Origin: Trichosphaerium sp. ATCC 40318
Lineage: Eukaryota > Protista > Tubulinea
DNA: 64,000 nucleotides
NCBI GenBank assembly: GCA_038496445.1
Contig: JALMLS010000397.1
Location: forward strand, 62,001 to 126,000
Direction: 5' to 3'
The stretch's first letter is position 1. Every line of letters starts with the position of its first letter. The position numbers were made by a program, and so were the translations under genes. Shown piece after piece: positions 26,488 through 40,299 of the stretch. The notes beneath the pieces are model-generated. The model ran no database searches, was not told the DNA's origin, and was given only the letters and a program-made list of their open reading frames with translations.

Positions 26488-27855
26488 CTAATATGTCCTT
26501 GAGTCTTCTTCGTCTCCATCTTTGATTGATTGATTTACTACTGTTGAAATTGCTAACTGTGATTTATCAATCTCCTTACCATAATCCTGTACTGAGAATG
26601 CGAACATACAAAGAATAGATATACCAACAAGTTCGAAAGAAAGTAATAAATTATTCATTAATTCAGCACGTAACTCTGCTACAAATAGAACTGTATCTGT
26701 TATAACTTTTTGTCCAACAAGGATATTTAATATCATCTCTTGGAATGCGCCGAATAATATAATCAGTTTTATAGCCAAGAACTTTAGTGTCATTCGGTGA
26801 TTCTTAAGAACTTTATGTGTTGCTCTGAATAGAATAAATAATCCATACATTGCAAAGTTAAGTGATACAATATTGATTATAGTCAGGTATGTTATTGGTG
26901 TATTGAATCCTGTGTCTGATACGGAAGCATCTGTATTTTGGTCAACGATTAGCGTTGCTAACGAGATCGTTGGTCTTATTATGACAAATTGTATGACAAG
27001 CCAGTAACCTTTTGAGTAACTTCAGAACAAACTTATCAATTCTCTTTGTTCACATTACACGTACACATCTTTAAAGATTTCGCAGTGAAAGGTCTCTTTC
27101 CAACACAAAAGTAAACATAACAGCATGGTGGGGAGGCATAATATCTACAGATGCAGTAAGGAACAGTCACGCGATGTTACTATGAAAGTTCCAAAAAAAA
27201 AAGGAAAAAAAAAGGAGTAACTACCTGCGCAATTTAACCCTTTGTAAGATGTTTAAACACCCTTGTGGCCCGCCGAAGGTATACACTACAAAAAGGCTAA
27301 ATAAAGAGCATGTATGTTGTAATGTTCTGAGGTACCTATAAGCTGAAAGAACCAAACAATCACAATCGCTTCGTAAGCTATTCGCACAAGACTCAGCGTC
27401 AGTACCGAGTTGTACACAAAGACTGATAAGAAAGCCAACAAACTGTACACCTAATAATATGACGTAAACAAATATGGACAAGCTGGTTTAAACTCAGGCT
27501 ACGTATGGTCAGAAAGACGTCGCACTTTTTATTTTGTCACGTGATTAAAAAAAAGTTTTGGTATGTTTCGAAAAGTTTTAGCGTACTGGTATGAAAGATA
27601 CGATTTTTAGGTTCAGAGTACGAACAGTAGACGATTTACCAACTCTGAAATGTCGTATTGTTATGTAAGCCCATACAGAGAGGCTAATAGCAGTGCATAG
27701 TGATGAAAATACCGCAACAAACAGGATCTAAGAGAAAAGTTGATAAGAAATACCTAAAAAGGTCACAAAGCTTTTTAAACACTTACTTTACCCTTATCGC
27801 GTCCTAGTAAATCTGAAAATGACGGGTATTTATAGTGAGTGCTGTTTGGCTCCAT
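26488..27855 (-). CDS. TMEM184 / organic solute transporter alpha family protein
   Basis: Multiple TM segments; YWLVIQFVIIRP, AMYGLFILFRAT, KFLAIKLIILFGAFQ, LLLSFELV..FAFS. Confidence 0.88.
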
Positions 27856-28844
27856 GCCTATCATAGTAACAACTTTTGGAAGAGTGTCAAAACGCGAAGC
27901 ACTGTGGTAGCAGTAAATTTATGATGAAAATGACGCGTCAAAAAACTTGTGGGTTTGGGGAAATAATTGTAACGAAAACTTGACTTTTTAAAAATCTTAT
28001 GTAAAATCGTTATGTTTACGCAAAACGCAAGAAATATTTCACCGACGAATTCGTAAGTTTATCGGAATACTTTTAACATGTTAATTCCAAGAGTGTTGTG
28101 TGATGCTGTACAAGGTGGCGTAGAGTCAAATAAAATTAGGAATAGTGAAAATATAGGTAAATAATCACTAAGCGAATTGTGCATCATTGACAGCTTTGGT
28201 TGGGAATTAAATGAGAAAGATCGAGCTCACATCTACTAACCAAGTATTTATATTGGGTTTTTTCGGATGCGTCTCACGCAGTCTTTTTGTACGGTTAGTT
28301 TGAATTATTGCCAAATTGTGCAGCACAATAAAAAAGATTGTACTTTTTCTCATCACGGCATAAATGAATTTATTGTTCGTTCGGGTATAGTACTCTATAT
28401 TATACTATACAATACATGAAAATACAAAGTGCGTCAGCAATTCCATTGGTGATAAATAGTGCTATTTCTAAACAAAGATACATTGCTCTTCGAATTTTTG
28501 GTTTATTTTATTTATGGGATTTCGAGAATCTTTGAGACGGTTTTACTCACCTCAGAACCTTCTTAAACTTCAATTGCTATTTTGAACATGTACCTATCAT
28601 TCTATATGTATAGGTGGTTAACCCATTTTTCTATTTGTTTATGGTGTACCGAGGGAAAGTAATATCACGTGCCATTGTACGAATTTCGTTGTTTATTCTA
28701 GCAACACGTGATAGCATTTTAAAAGCGTAAATGTGAGGTACCAATTATGAACTGTTTGGAAGATACAATATGAAGTGTTTGTCCTCGGTAATTAACATTC
28801 ATAGGTAACTTCTCATTCGCGCCAAATGGATTTACAGTAATTGG

Positions 28845-29050
28845 TCAACAGTCCTCCCTCCGCTGTACAGACTGCTTTGAGTTTTTCCAGTGCTTGACAT
28901 TTCTTTTTGCTGAACACACTGTGCTGACTCCAGCAAGTGCTTTAATACCTTCATCTGTCACATTCTTACATTCACGGAGGTGTATCTCATGTTGTTGAAG
29001 TTCTTGAGGAAAATAGTATGAACTCCCTTCAGCGCTTTAGTGGATGTAGT
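28845..29050 (-). pseudogene. Frameshifted leucine-rich repeat remnant
   Basis: KALKGVHTIFL in one frame and IHLRECKNVTDEGIKALAGV in another; no intact ORF. Confidence 0.55.
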
Positions 29051-29391
29051 CGTATGATTGACTCTGCTTTGACTGCTAAGGTTAAGCTATGAAGAACAGC
29101 TTAGACCATGCCGACTCTGCTCCATCATTTGACGAAAAGGGTTGATGCAACGTTAAGTGTAAGATTTGAACATTATTTATCATACAAATCCTTCATGCAT
29201 GCTCGAAAACAACGTACTTGCGTTGGCTATTGAGCGCAGTACAGAAGCCATTCTTGTTGCTTTGAGTACTATGTACGAATAGTTTCACACAGCAGTATTC
29301 ACACTCAGCCACATGCGTTTACATCCGTCAGTTGTTTTACGCATGTTTTTACCGTTAAACAGTGAAAGATAAAACGTATGGTCGTATTTTT

Positions 29392-30181
29392 TTACACATG
29401 TACAGTTTTATTTTTAGAAAACAGGTTACTTATCCTTCTCACGTGACAACGACTTCGTCGGCGTTTTCGCTTTATAATTTTTATAACTTGTCTATAACGT
29501 AATGCGGCCAATACATTAAAACATTCTTCTACATTCTTCCCAGATGTAGCACTTGTTTCAAAAAATGAAATTTCATGTTTTTTTGCAAAGTCATGACCTT
29601 CGTGCTCTGTAACTTGTCGGGTTTGATTTGGCAAATCTATCTTATTTGCAAGCAACATTATAGGTACTTTTTTCATATCCTTAATATCCCGTATCTTAAA
29701 ATACAATTGCTTCGCAATAATAAAAGAAGAATATTTTGTGATATCCTATAAATGAATTTTATAAGAAACTCGAACTAGTAACTCATATAGGAATTCATGA
29801 CGTACATAAACAATAATAAACGCTTTTCCTTGTTCTATCGTTGCGCTTCGTAGGACAGAATATTCCTCACTTCCCGCTGTATCCCAGAATGAATACTTTC
29901 GTGTGATACCATGTATTGTGGGGTATATTGTATATATTCTACTCTCAACTGTAGGTTCTAAATACTAGTATTTAGTAAACTAGAACATGTCTATACTTCG
30001 TGTACAATACATACCATGGATGGCAGGAATCTTCAACCAAACGAACCGAGAAGCCAAGGCAGTCTTACCTTTAATTAATGTAAGTAACAACAATTTAATT
30101 TCGGGGTTAAGTACCAACACCGGTATCGCCTACTATCACCATATTGTCTACCTCAATTACTGTGTTTTTTTTATCAGCCAT
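29392..30181 (-). CDS. Divergent Ras-family small GTPase
   Basis: GDTGVGKT, EPTVE, WDTAGSEEY, NKID, ETSA; polybasic tail and no CAAX. Confidence 0.9.
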
Positions 30182-30685
30182 CTTTTGCTGTTTATGAGTT
30201 GTATGTCTTTGAAAAATAAGAGATGACGTTTGCTAAAACTACAATAACGAAATATTTTATTTAAAACCGGTTCACTGAAAGGTAAGTACTATTTGTGTAA
30301 AGAACGATAGGCATGTTACTGCACGCGCAAGAGGTTCGCCGGAGTCATATTATCACAGACCAAATCCTTTCTCCAAAAATCACGGGTTATTAATACACTG
30401 CCACAACGTCTTTTTTCGGGAAACAACGTTTCAAAAGGTTAACAACACAAGAAGGTTGTCACGTTTTACAAAAAACTACACCAATTAGCAACGCGTTGAG
30501 GGTTTTTCCGGGTGTCACGTGATTACCTACGTCAAAATAGCGCAGTGTGATTGTAGCGCTATTTTTATTGAGTCATTGGTGTAACTCGTTAAGTGTTAAC
30601 AGATCGTTTTACCCCGTTTTTACTTTTTCCCTGCAATTTTTTTTTGCTTACACGTACGAAATAGCTTTTTAATTCTCCAATAAAG

Positions 30686-32049
30686 ATGGAACTTGTATCA
30701 AAGGCGAAAGACGCACTTACAGACCAGGTTGAATACGGTGTATACTGTAATTCGCTAATACACTTTAGAAGGACGAAGAAGAGATTATAAAGCAAATAAA
30801 GGCGCTACACGAGGTAAAGGCAACGGTTGAAATATTAAAGGCAACTGCCATCGGTGCAGTGATTGGGGGGCTTTGTCAACACGATAGCGAGACTGTGGTG
30901 GCTGCCTGTAAAGAATTGCAACAAAAATGGAAGAAAGACCTTGGAAGCAGCACACCAAGTAAGAAACGAAAGGCAGGGGATATCACCAATCCAAAACCTG
31001 AGAAGAAAATAAAGAAAAATGGTATGTCAAGTCTATCCTTACATTAAACGTATAACCAGCGCATTTCTCATTATATGTAGTAAAACCATTAACTTTGGAC
31101 GATGTAAAAACAGGTGTCACTAAAAGAAACAAAGTAATCCGTACGATATACATCTATACACTTTTTAGAACGTTAAAACATCTATTGTACTCTTCCGACA
31201 AGAATTCTAATGTTTATACGACAGAAATGCTATCAAAAGCACTACCAATGGACACAGAAAACGCCAGTAAGACTATCTATTAACAACTGCTACTTATTAA
31301 CGAACTCATAATTGTATTCACAACGCTAATGCAATCGTAGTACTACACCCTTTAGCTGTTGCGAGAGATATTGAAAAAGGTGAGCAATCGATGATTTTTG
31401 CGCGCTTTTCTTTTTTTTGGCGGTTCGCTTGTGTATCCGCATCCTAAATATCCCCATTTGCTGTCATGGCGTAGGCTTACATTACTTAGAACTTATAAAA
31501 CTTTATAATGAGCCTTCAAACAAGCAATATACTCAAAAATTCAGATCATTGTACTCTAATATTAAAAAAAATCAAGAACTTCAATCAAGTTTACTTGACG
31601 GCACACTTTCTCCCGAACAAATATGCTCTTATGGCGCTTCAGTACGCTTCTCTTACCCTTACCGCAAGGTTAAAATGATATAATCGCTAACTGGAATTCG
31701 CCATTACAGGAGCTAGCAACATCATCCCAAAAGGAACATAGAGCAAAAAAGAGTGCATACGACCTTGAAGCTAGACAAGTGGGTAATAAGGTGGACGTCG
31801 TTGACGGATTTTTCACTTGTGGTAAGTGTAAGAGTACCAAGACATCTTACTATCAATTACAAACGCGATCTGCGGATGAACCTATGTACGTTAAAAATAC
31901 ACAAAAGCTTTTTTCTGAAATTTATTTATAATCAAACAATTTCACTCTTTTTCTTTGCTCTACAATTAGGTGTCACGTGTGCAATCTTACAACCAATTAG
32001 GACAACATTCATCACATGTGCAAACTGCAAAAATAGGTGGAGACAGTAA
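30686..32049 (+). CDS. TCEA1: Transcription elongation factor TFIIS
   Basis: N-terminal domain (ILKATAIG..QKWKK), [51 protein letters not shown]. Confidence 0.96.
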
Positions 32050-32355
32050 CTGAAAACACAAAAAAATAAAGCTCTTTTTTTTCGCTTACTCGCTCCTTTT
32101 GTTTTCAACGTTTTCAAAACACAATTTTGGTAACGCTCGAATTTCACATTCAAACAGTGACTTAACCCAAACTGTCGGTTATTGAAAAGTACACAGAACG
32201 CGTTACTGCACGGCATTTAACAAAGGTGGAACGCTTTGGTGAAATTTCTATTTTGACATCCAAGTCTTTTCCTTAACTTCACTCATTTTTCTCACTTATT
32301 TTTTTTTGTTTTTTACGCAACAGAACCGCACTACAACGCGACTCTCACATCAACC

Positions 32356-33431
32356 ATGCCTTCCGACGATAAATTAGTTAAAAAGATCAAATACGTAAAG
32401 AAACTCGCTGCTTGCTTCGAGGAGTACAACAAACTCCTTCTCGTAACTGCTGATAACGTTGGATCCAACCTTTTGCAAAAGATTCGTCAATCATGCCGTC
32501 CTTTGGCTCAAATCGTCATGGGCAAAAACGTACGAACTCTATAGCGCTTTCACTATATTTCTACATCTTTTCTGCACTGATTGGTTAACAAACCATTAAA
32601 ACAAGCCGTTTGTATTTCCCCTTACGTATTATCACTAACCGATGGCTTTAGACAATGATGAGACGTGCTATCCGCATCGCCGCTGAAAAGAACGACAAAT
32701 GGAACAACCTATTGCCTTTGATCGTTGATAACGTTGGTTTCGTATTCACCAAGAAAGATTTGGGTGATGTACGCGCAAAATTGCAAGAACTTAAAGTCGG
32801 TGCCCCAGCCCGTGTTGGTGCCGTTTCCCCAGTTACCGTTGTTATTCCAAAAGGACCAACTGGTTTGGAACCTACCAAAACATCTTTCCTACAAGCGCTC
32901 AACATTGCTTCAAAGATTAACAGAGGACAAATTGAAATCTTGACAGAAAAGGTTCTTATCGTAGAAGGAGAAAAAGTAGGTCCTTCTGAAGCTACCCTAT
33001 TGAAGATGTTAAACATTAACCCGTTCAAATACGGTTTGACTGTTACAAAAGTATACGATGATGGCGCTATGTACGACGCTGCTGTTTTGGATCTAACCGA
33101 CTCTATCCTCATCAGCAAGTTCGCTGCTGGTGTTTCCAACGTTGCTTCTATCTCATTGCAAATTGGTTTCCCAACACTCTGCGCTGTCCCACACGCAGTA
33201 TTGAACGCTTACAAGCGTTGTTTGGCTATTGCTCTCGCCACAGAAGTCACATTCCCTCAAGCCGAGCTCATGAAGGAAATGGCCGCAAACCCTGATGCTT
33301 TCAAGGCTGCTGCTGCCCCTGCTGGTGACACTGCTGCTGAGCCAGAGCCAGAAGAGGAAGAAGAAGAATCTGAAGCCGATCTCGGTGGCGGTGGTCTCTT
33401 CGGTGGATCTGATGATGATGACGACTGGTAG
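32356..33431 (+). CDS. RPLP0: 60S acidic ribosomal protein P0 (uL10)
   Basis: DNVGS..QKIR, MGKNTMMRRAI, GFVFTK, APARVGA, acidic C-terminus; single intron 32530-32651. Confidence 0.98.
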
Positions 33432-33663
33432 ATGCTTTGTCTTAATAAAAATTTATCCAAACGATAACTATTGCTGTTTGTTTTTCTTTCTTTTTGTCGC
33501 CGTTTCACTTTTTTTGTTTGTGCTTGCGTTTTGTTTATTGTACTGCTGTCTTTGTCATGATTCTGTCTGTCTGTCCTTGCGTATTTATTGTTGTTGCATT
33601 GTACGTTAACGCTCAATGCGTCAAGTATGTTCAAACGTTGAAACCATTTCAAAACGTGCCAAA

Positions 33664-35113
33664 ATGGACGGGCCTCAACAACTCAATACTGTAACGAAGC
33701 CTGATGGCGCTGATAAGGAGCAACATTTATACAAGGCACGGTAACGCTAGAGACACCTCATAACAGTTGTAGGTGCTCGTAATAGGTGACTACGCTGTGG
33801 GTAAAACGTTCGTTTACGCTTAACAACCTTACATTCTCAGATCTGCGTAGGTCTATCATAAAACGTTATTGCGAAGGATTTTATAGCCCAAACTACAAAT
33901 TGGTACGTATCAGTACATTCGCGAAACTTTTCTTGATCTCTCTTTTGGTCACCGCAAGTAACGTGGCCCTATAACAACCATTACGCGTTTCGGATGCATA
34001 CACAACCTATAGATCATTTTTTTGCGAAAGTAACAAAGAGTATTTAATTTTCTACTCGCAAAACCTCCTTTCCGTCAGTTGTTATCAAAATGTGGCGTTG
34101 TTTATTTTTCTAATTTAATTTTTTGTTTCAAGACAATTGGTGTCGATTTTGCTGTCAAAACGCTTGAGTGGGATGATAACAGGCGCGTTAGTTTACAAGT
34201 ACGTTTTTTAAATGAATTTCTGTCTTTTAAGCTCAACAAATTCGAAACGTCATTTCTAACTTCTTGTTCTAGTTATGGGATGTAGCAGGACATGAGAGGT
34301 CAAAGACATTGACATCTTGTTAACCCAGAACTAACATCTAACCTAGGTTCGGAACAATGACTCGTGTATATTACAGTACGTGGCTTTGCACCTTATGGCT
34401 CTTTTAATTAGAGAAAGAAAAAAACAAAATTGACATGTCAATCTTTTTCTGTTTTGTTTCAAACGAAAACCTATAATTATCACTACTGGAGATGTATAGT
34501 GTACTATAAAGCTTACTTTAGTTTTTTGTAGAGTACGCTATTGCTGCCATAATAGTTTTTGATCTATCGCGTCCAGCGACTTTTGATGCTGTGACTAAGG
34601 CACGTACACTGCACGCTGTATTGGGGACCCTCTAATCATGCACGTAGTGGAAGGAAGATATTCACAGTAAAGTAGTACTAGCAAATGGAGAACACATCCC
34701 ATTACTTCTACTTGCGAATAAAGTGCGTTCCTTTAATTATTTGAAAACACAACTTCGCGCGTAGAGATATATTTCTTCCTTCATTTCATTTTCTAATGCT
34801 TCTACAGTGTGATATGCCTGGTGTTAACATTGATAAAGAAGCATTAGACAAATTTTGTAAAGAACAAGGATTTACTGGGTGGTTTCAAACTTCCGCTCAA
34901 GATAACGTTAATATTGGTACGTGGCGTGAACGTGTACCACAATATCACCTTGTAGAGAGTGCTAATCTTTGTTTTGTAGACGAGTCGATGGACTACCTTA
35001 TTGAACAGATTTTAAAGGTAGCCAAGACTAATGTACCAGTATCGGTACAACAGACTGTAAAAGTAAAACGATCAGGAAATGATGATGAAGAGAGAGCAGG
35101 ATGTTGCTCATAA
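33664..35113 (+). CDS. RAB32: Rab32/38-family GTPase
   Basis: HLYKVLVIGDYAVGKTSII, TIGVDFAVK, WDVAGHERFGTMTRVYY, LLANKCD, WFQTSA, C-terminal GCCS. Confidence 0.93.
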
Positions 35114-35608
35114 TTTTTTTCTTTATCATAATTAAGAGGTAAACATAGAAGGGGGGCGTAGTGTACAGTGATAGGCAAATTAAAATATTGTTTCTTGTCC
35201 ATTTTTTTAGAACTTTTAAAGTTTTTTTGTTGTACCACTCTGCTCGCTATTACCAAACTTAAGGTCTCGTTTTTTTGTGTTTTCAACTTGATATGCGTTC
35301 TATGCACAATGAGCAATACGTCAGAGCAAAAAACCCCGCCCTCTAGGGTTGATGTATTGTTATAATCATTGAACATTATATATGTGAAAACAACCAAAAA
35401 ACTTGCTCTGATTCCTCATCTGACACGAGAGATATTATTTGTCTGACACCCAAATTAACCTAAATTTTCGTTTATTATTTTAACGGTTGCAACACTACAA
35501 ACAATCCAGCGTAAACAGTCTGCGTTGCTGTAATAGACAAGCATGGGGAAAGGAATTGATAAATTTTTATAAGCTGTAGAAGACATCGAGTTTGCCTTAA
35601 TTAATACA

Positions 35609-38405
35609 TCATTTTATTGAATAGGGGAACTGTACAATTGTATGAACAGAATGTAAGAATGTTAGGTTTTTGCACTTAGTATCAAGGAACGTGAAATCAG
35701 ATCTACTTAATACCATGTTACATCCTTCTATTGATAAACGTTGTAGAGATGGACAATGCCAAGAAATATAATGTATAGACTCAATTGTAAGCCCTTTACA
35801 ACGTGCAATATTAAGGTGTTGTAATCCTTTTGCGTGTGTGGCGAGGTAAAGAATAGCATCATCCGTGATGCTATAACAGCTTGGAATAGTGAGACGTGTC
35901 AGAAACCTAAATGAAGAAAAGATGTTAGAATTCAGTTTCTTAATTTATTCTCACTGACCTAAACGTTGATATGTATTCGATTGATTTGTTTGTTATTGCT
36001 GTTATCTTTTCGCCACTTAGACTTTTTATAGAAGTTGGTAAAGACATTATACCGGCTTCTGTGATAGAAGGAAGGAAAGAAATATCAAGATCAGTTAAAG
36101 TCTAAACGTGTTGGTTTCAGCAAACAAAAAATGACATGTCAAGGCTTCACAACTCTGTGAAATCAATACGTGCTACTTACCTCTAAATCTGATAGGGATT
36201 TTAAAGCATCATCTGTAATATCAGTACCCATATTTGACATACCAAGCGTTGATAGTCTACTAGAAAACGAGGTTAAAATCATAGAAAGAAAAATATTCAA
36301 AGTTACCTTAGACTTGCAACAAGCTCTATTGATCGGTTTGTTAGATTCCTACATCTTGCAAATGATATAGTTTGTATATTTGGGCATCCTGATACAAGTG
36401 CAGCAATCCCAGTATCTGTGATGTTCTTCAATGATTGCAGTTTAATACTTGCCAAATTCTTTAAGTATTTTCCCATTAGTGTCAATGAATCATCTGTTAT
36501 TGCATAGTTCAATCGTATATTCAGGCTAGTGATATCAATCATATTTTCTACAATATGTTCAATGTGTTTATCAGTCTTATCACTCCATGAAACATCTAGA
36601 AAAAAAACATTAAAAAACTCAAGTTCTGTGAAACTACAAAACCAGCGCTTTTTGCTGTTCAATTGCACTAATTGTTCCAAGATTAAAAATAATTGTATGC
36701 TTGATGTAATAGCAAAGTTGGCGTTTGCCAAAACATATACATTGAGGTCACATGGGGTTTTTTGAACACGTTTTGCTTGGTTTTTGATGTTGTCTGTACC
36801 TAAGAATTGAATGTGTTTTGCTCGTTTACAAAGTTCTTTCCATTTCTCTTCTTTTAACGGCATGTGGGATATATTAAGCCTAATAATATCATTCAATCCA
36901 TCTATGAATTTATCCACACCGTCATCTGAAAATGATACAATAGGATTCATATAAAGTTGCCTTAAGTTTAGCTCTTTACATAAAATAGCAATATCATCAA
37001 CACGTAGATTTTTGTTTTGAGCGATAGAAATAGAATCCAAATGTTTACAACACCTTGACAATACCTCACATGTTTCAGTGTTTATGGAATCTTTAAGGCC
37101 ATCTATTGCAAGAACTTGTAAATTACTGCACATTGATAGCCATTTACAAAGTGCTTTTGGTTCAACACGTGGAGCATATGATAAATCCTTTTCAAAAAAA
37201 AATGTCAGATATGAAGAAAAAAACGAGAAAGTACAAGAGTTTTCAACTGATCCCATGATCCTTGAAGCATGCACTTTGGGAATGTATCATTTTTTGTCCA
37301 TCTGCCACAACTTAGCACTAATGATGAAAGGTTTGTAAAATGCTTTGCAATTGCCTCATAACCGTCATGGTCAAACTTTGTTGAACTGCCAAAAATAGTA
37401 TTAGTCGAAGAAGTCTTCCCACTAACTCTGTTACCTCAGGTTCAGCACTTGAAGTGTTGATGCTAACTCTGTATTTTCTGTAAGTTTTTGAATACCCTAT
37501 AATATGTATAAGATAACATTCAGTGCTTGTGGGTGTTTGTAATCAACCTGACTTGTCAATAATGATGCTGCAACAAGTGATAAATGTTGTAGTGTTTTGC
37601 AATGTAAAGCTATTGCTTCAAGAACCTCATCTGTTACAACATGTGCACAATAATTAATAGAAATGCGATTCAAACATGATCCTAAACAATCCGTGGTTTA
37701 GTCACTCATAGTGCATAACATTAACAGTACCAGCAGTACGGACAACAGAACCTTTAAAAAAAATCAGCAAAATGACAGGAGCGACGTTTCTACTTACACA
37801 CATGTTCTGGAAGGACAAATCCACAACAAGACATATCAAGTACACGAAGATTAGGTGGCACGTGTAATCCTCAACGATAGTTTAGGTGAAGTACGCTTAA
37901 AGCAAGAAAATACCAGAAAAGTGATTATCACGCAAATACAGCGATTGGAGCGATGTCAGTCTCGCAATACCTTCAAAACAGCGTTCAGATAGCTGTTCAA
38001 GTGATAAAATTAGTGTTTAAAGAGAATTGATGAGTTGTCAGTACAAACAAGCCGTACTTGATTACAACATAGTAGTTCAAGGCTTTGCAGCGAGGGAAAT
38101 TGTTGAGGGAAGGTATTGAAGGATGAATCTGTTAAATTAAAGCAATGTGACAGCCGAATGCTCCTAAACTATATCTGATTGGCTAAAAAGCGCGTACAGG
38201 GGACAATTGGCCATTGTACCAACGTGTCTTAACTTCGTACCTCCGGACCTTGTATCAGTGATAGCTGCTCAGGCGTCACGTCGCCATGCTGTACAAAATA
38301 ACTAAATACAAGTTTCCTGATGCCAAATGGACATCCTGTCAACGAAAACTGGTCACAGTTACTCCCTATTTTTCTCAAGCATATTTCAAGCAAAGTAGAC
38401 GCCAT
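35609..38405 (-). CDS. Cys-containing leucine-rich repeat protein (FBXL/AMN1-like) with N-terminal BC-box-like motif
   Basis: Repeated ITDxxLxxL..C..L units; N-terminus MASTLLEICLRKI. Confidence 0.85.
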
Positions 38406-38684
38406 TGCTATGGCGTAGAATCCACAAAAAGCTTAACTTCAGCTAGCTGTTAAGTTACAAATCAGTGAAAGATACTCAACTGATTTTGTGCTCTGTAGGT
38501 CTACTAATTCACTCCAGCTGAGCTTTCTATCTCAAATACGTAAATATAGCACTGTAAGATACTTTATGAGGATAAATACGCATTGAGAAGTGAGCACGAG
38601 AAATGATTGACAGAAGAGAAAAGTCAATACAACTTCTGTTGTGTATCTATCTGCATACTCCGTAAAACTAAGAAGTAACAACCT

Positions 38685-40195
38685 ATGAAGTGGCTTACTC
38701 TCTTTATATTGTCTTTTGTGCTATCACACGCGATTAAAAAGGGTTCAGCACCGGAGATCACGTGGATCCTCTCTTCAAGCGATAGAGCATACATGTATGA
38801 CGCTCAATTTAATAATAGTAAGTAATTCTACGCCGGACACTTTTAAACACAATACTAACGGTTTGTTTGTTTAGTAGGTAACGTACGTATCCCACCGGCA
38901 TCATCAAACGAGAAATATAAGGCGATGGGCGTCGGTACGTCACTTGATATGAAATTTTAATCACGTGATACCAAATAGTGCATGCTATCAACGAAGGAAA
39001 AACCTTTTTCTTACCTGACCCTGCGTATAATGATTTCTTGGAGCCATCAGCATCTCTTGTATCGTCTACTGGAGAAGTAGGTTGTTTATCAGTTGATAGA
39101 GGACGGTACGACTTTAATTAAACGCGCAACGCTCAAAAACACTCTAGAGACGTCGCTGTTGATGGTGATTACATTTGGACAACAACAGGTGACGCGATAG
39201 ATAAGCTGTTTGTTTCGGAGTGTAGAGGTGAATGCTCGATAGTCAACGAAGGCGAATGTAGAATAAGACCGCCAGGAACATTTGTAGGAAGTAAGTATTG
39301 AAGAAAAGCTATCAAAAGATTCTAGAGAATGTGAATGAGCCACTAGTGTGCCTTGGTAACAAGCGCAGAAAATCACCACTTGATGATGTGCCATCACGGG
39401 GTTTTTTGATTATACACAAGTGCGTATCTTTGACTAACTTGTTAATAGTGCATATTGAATCTAATGTTGTTTACTTCATTGTAAAACAGTCAGATAAATA
39501 CGTTGTTGTATCGCATGAATATCAGATAAACTGGTGTGTATTCTTTATAGAAACACCATTCGAAGAGCTTAATGTAATCGCTGAATTTAATGAGAGCGAA
39601 TGTTCTGTATTTGGCTTGGATGGAAACGGTGAAGATACTTTATACATTGGATGCTCTTCAGACACAGAACAAAGAATTGTTTCCATAGCTAAAAATGGTA
39701 CAACAACAAATAACGAATTGAAGACGGCTGTAGACCTCTCAGAGGAAGGTTCTGAGTTCTATGCGTTCTCTAAAGGTAACAACAATTTTAATGAAAAAAA
39801 ATCCCTTTGTATTTTTTACTGACACGTGATTAGTGATTGATGAATTCCCTACTGATTGTGTAGAACCAACAGCACCACCAACATTTTCAGTACCAACATC
39901 AGAATCAAGCTCTGATCAAACAAGAACTATCATTATTGCCATTGCAATTCCTGGTATAGTTTTACTTGCATGCTTAGTACTAGTTTGTATGTACTACTTG
40001 TGCGTCTTACTCGAAAAATCGTACGTCAAATACTCCTATGCGAACCCAACACCAGTTCAACCATCTTTCCTAACCTCTTGAAGGAGACAACAAAAATACG
40101 CTGATGTATCAGCAGTCAGAATGCAAGATGAAGTATGGAATGACACAGCAGCTACAGATGTAGATGACGAAGGCATTGAACTATCAGAGAGCTAA
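38685..40195 (+). CDS. Type I membrane protein of unknown function
   Basis: Signal peptide MKWLTLFILSFVLS, beta-rich ectodomain, PT/S stalk, TM IIIAIAIPGIVLLACLVLV, acidic tail. Confidence 0.7.
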
Positions 40196-40299
40196 TCGCA
40201 AGCCTACAACAACCAAAAAAAAAAAATACAAAGTAATAAAACACATATCAAGTTTTGTCTTTTTCACAAGATTTTATTCAGTTTACAATGCTATATCTA

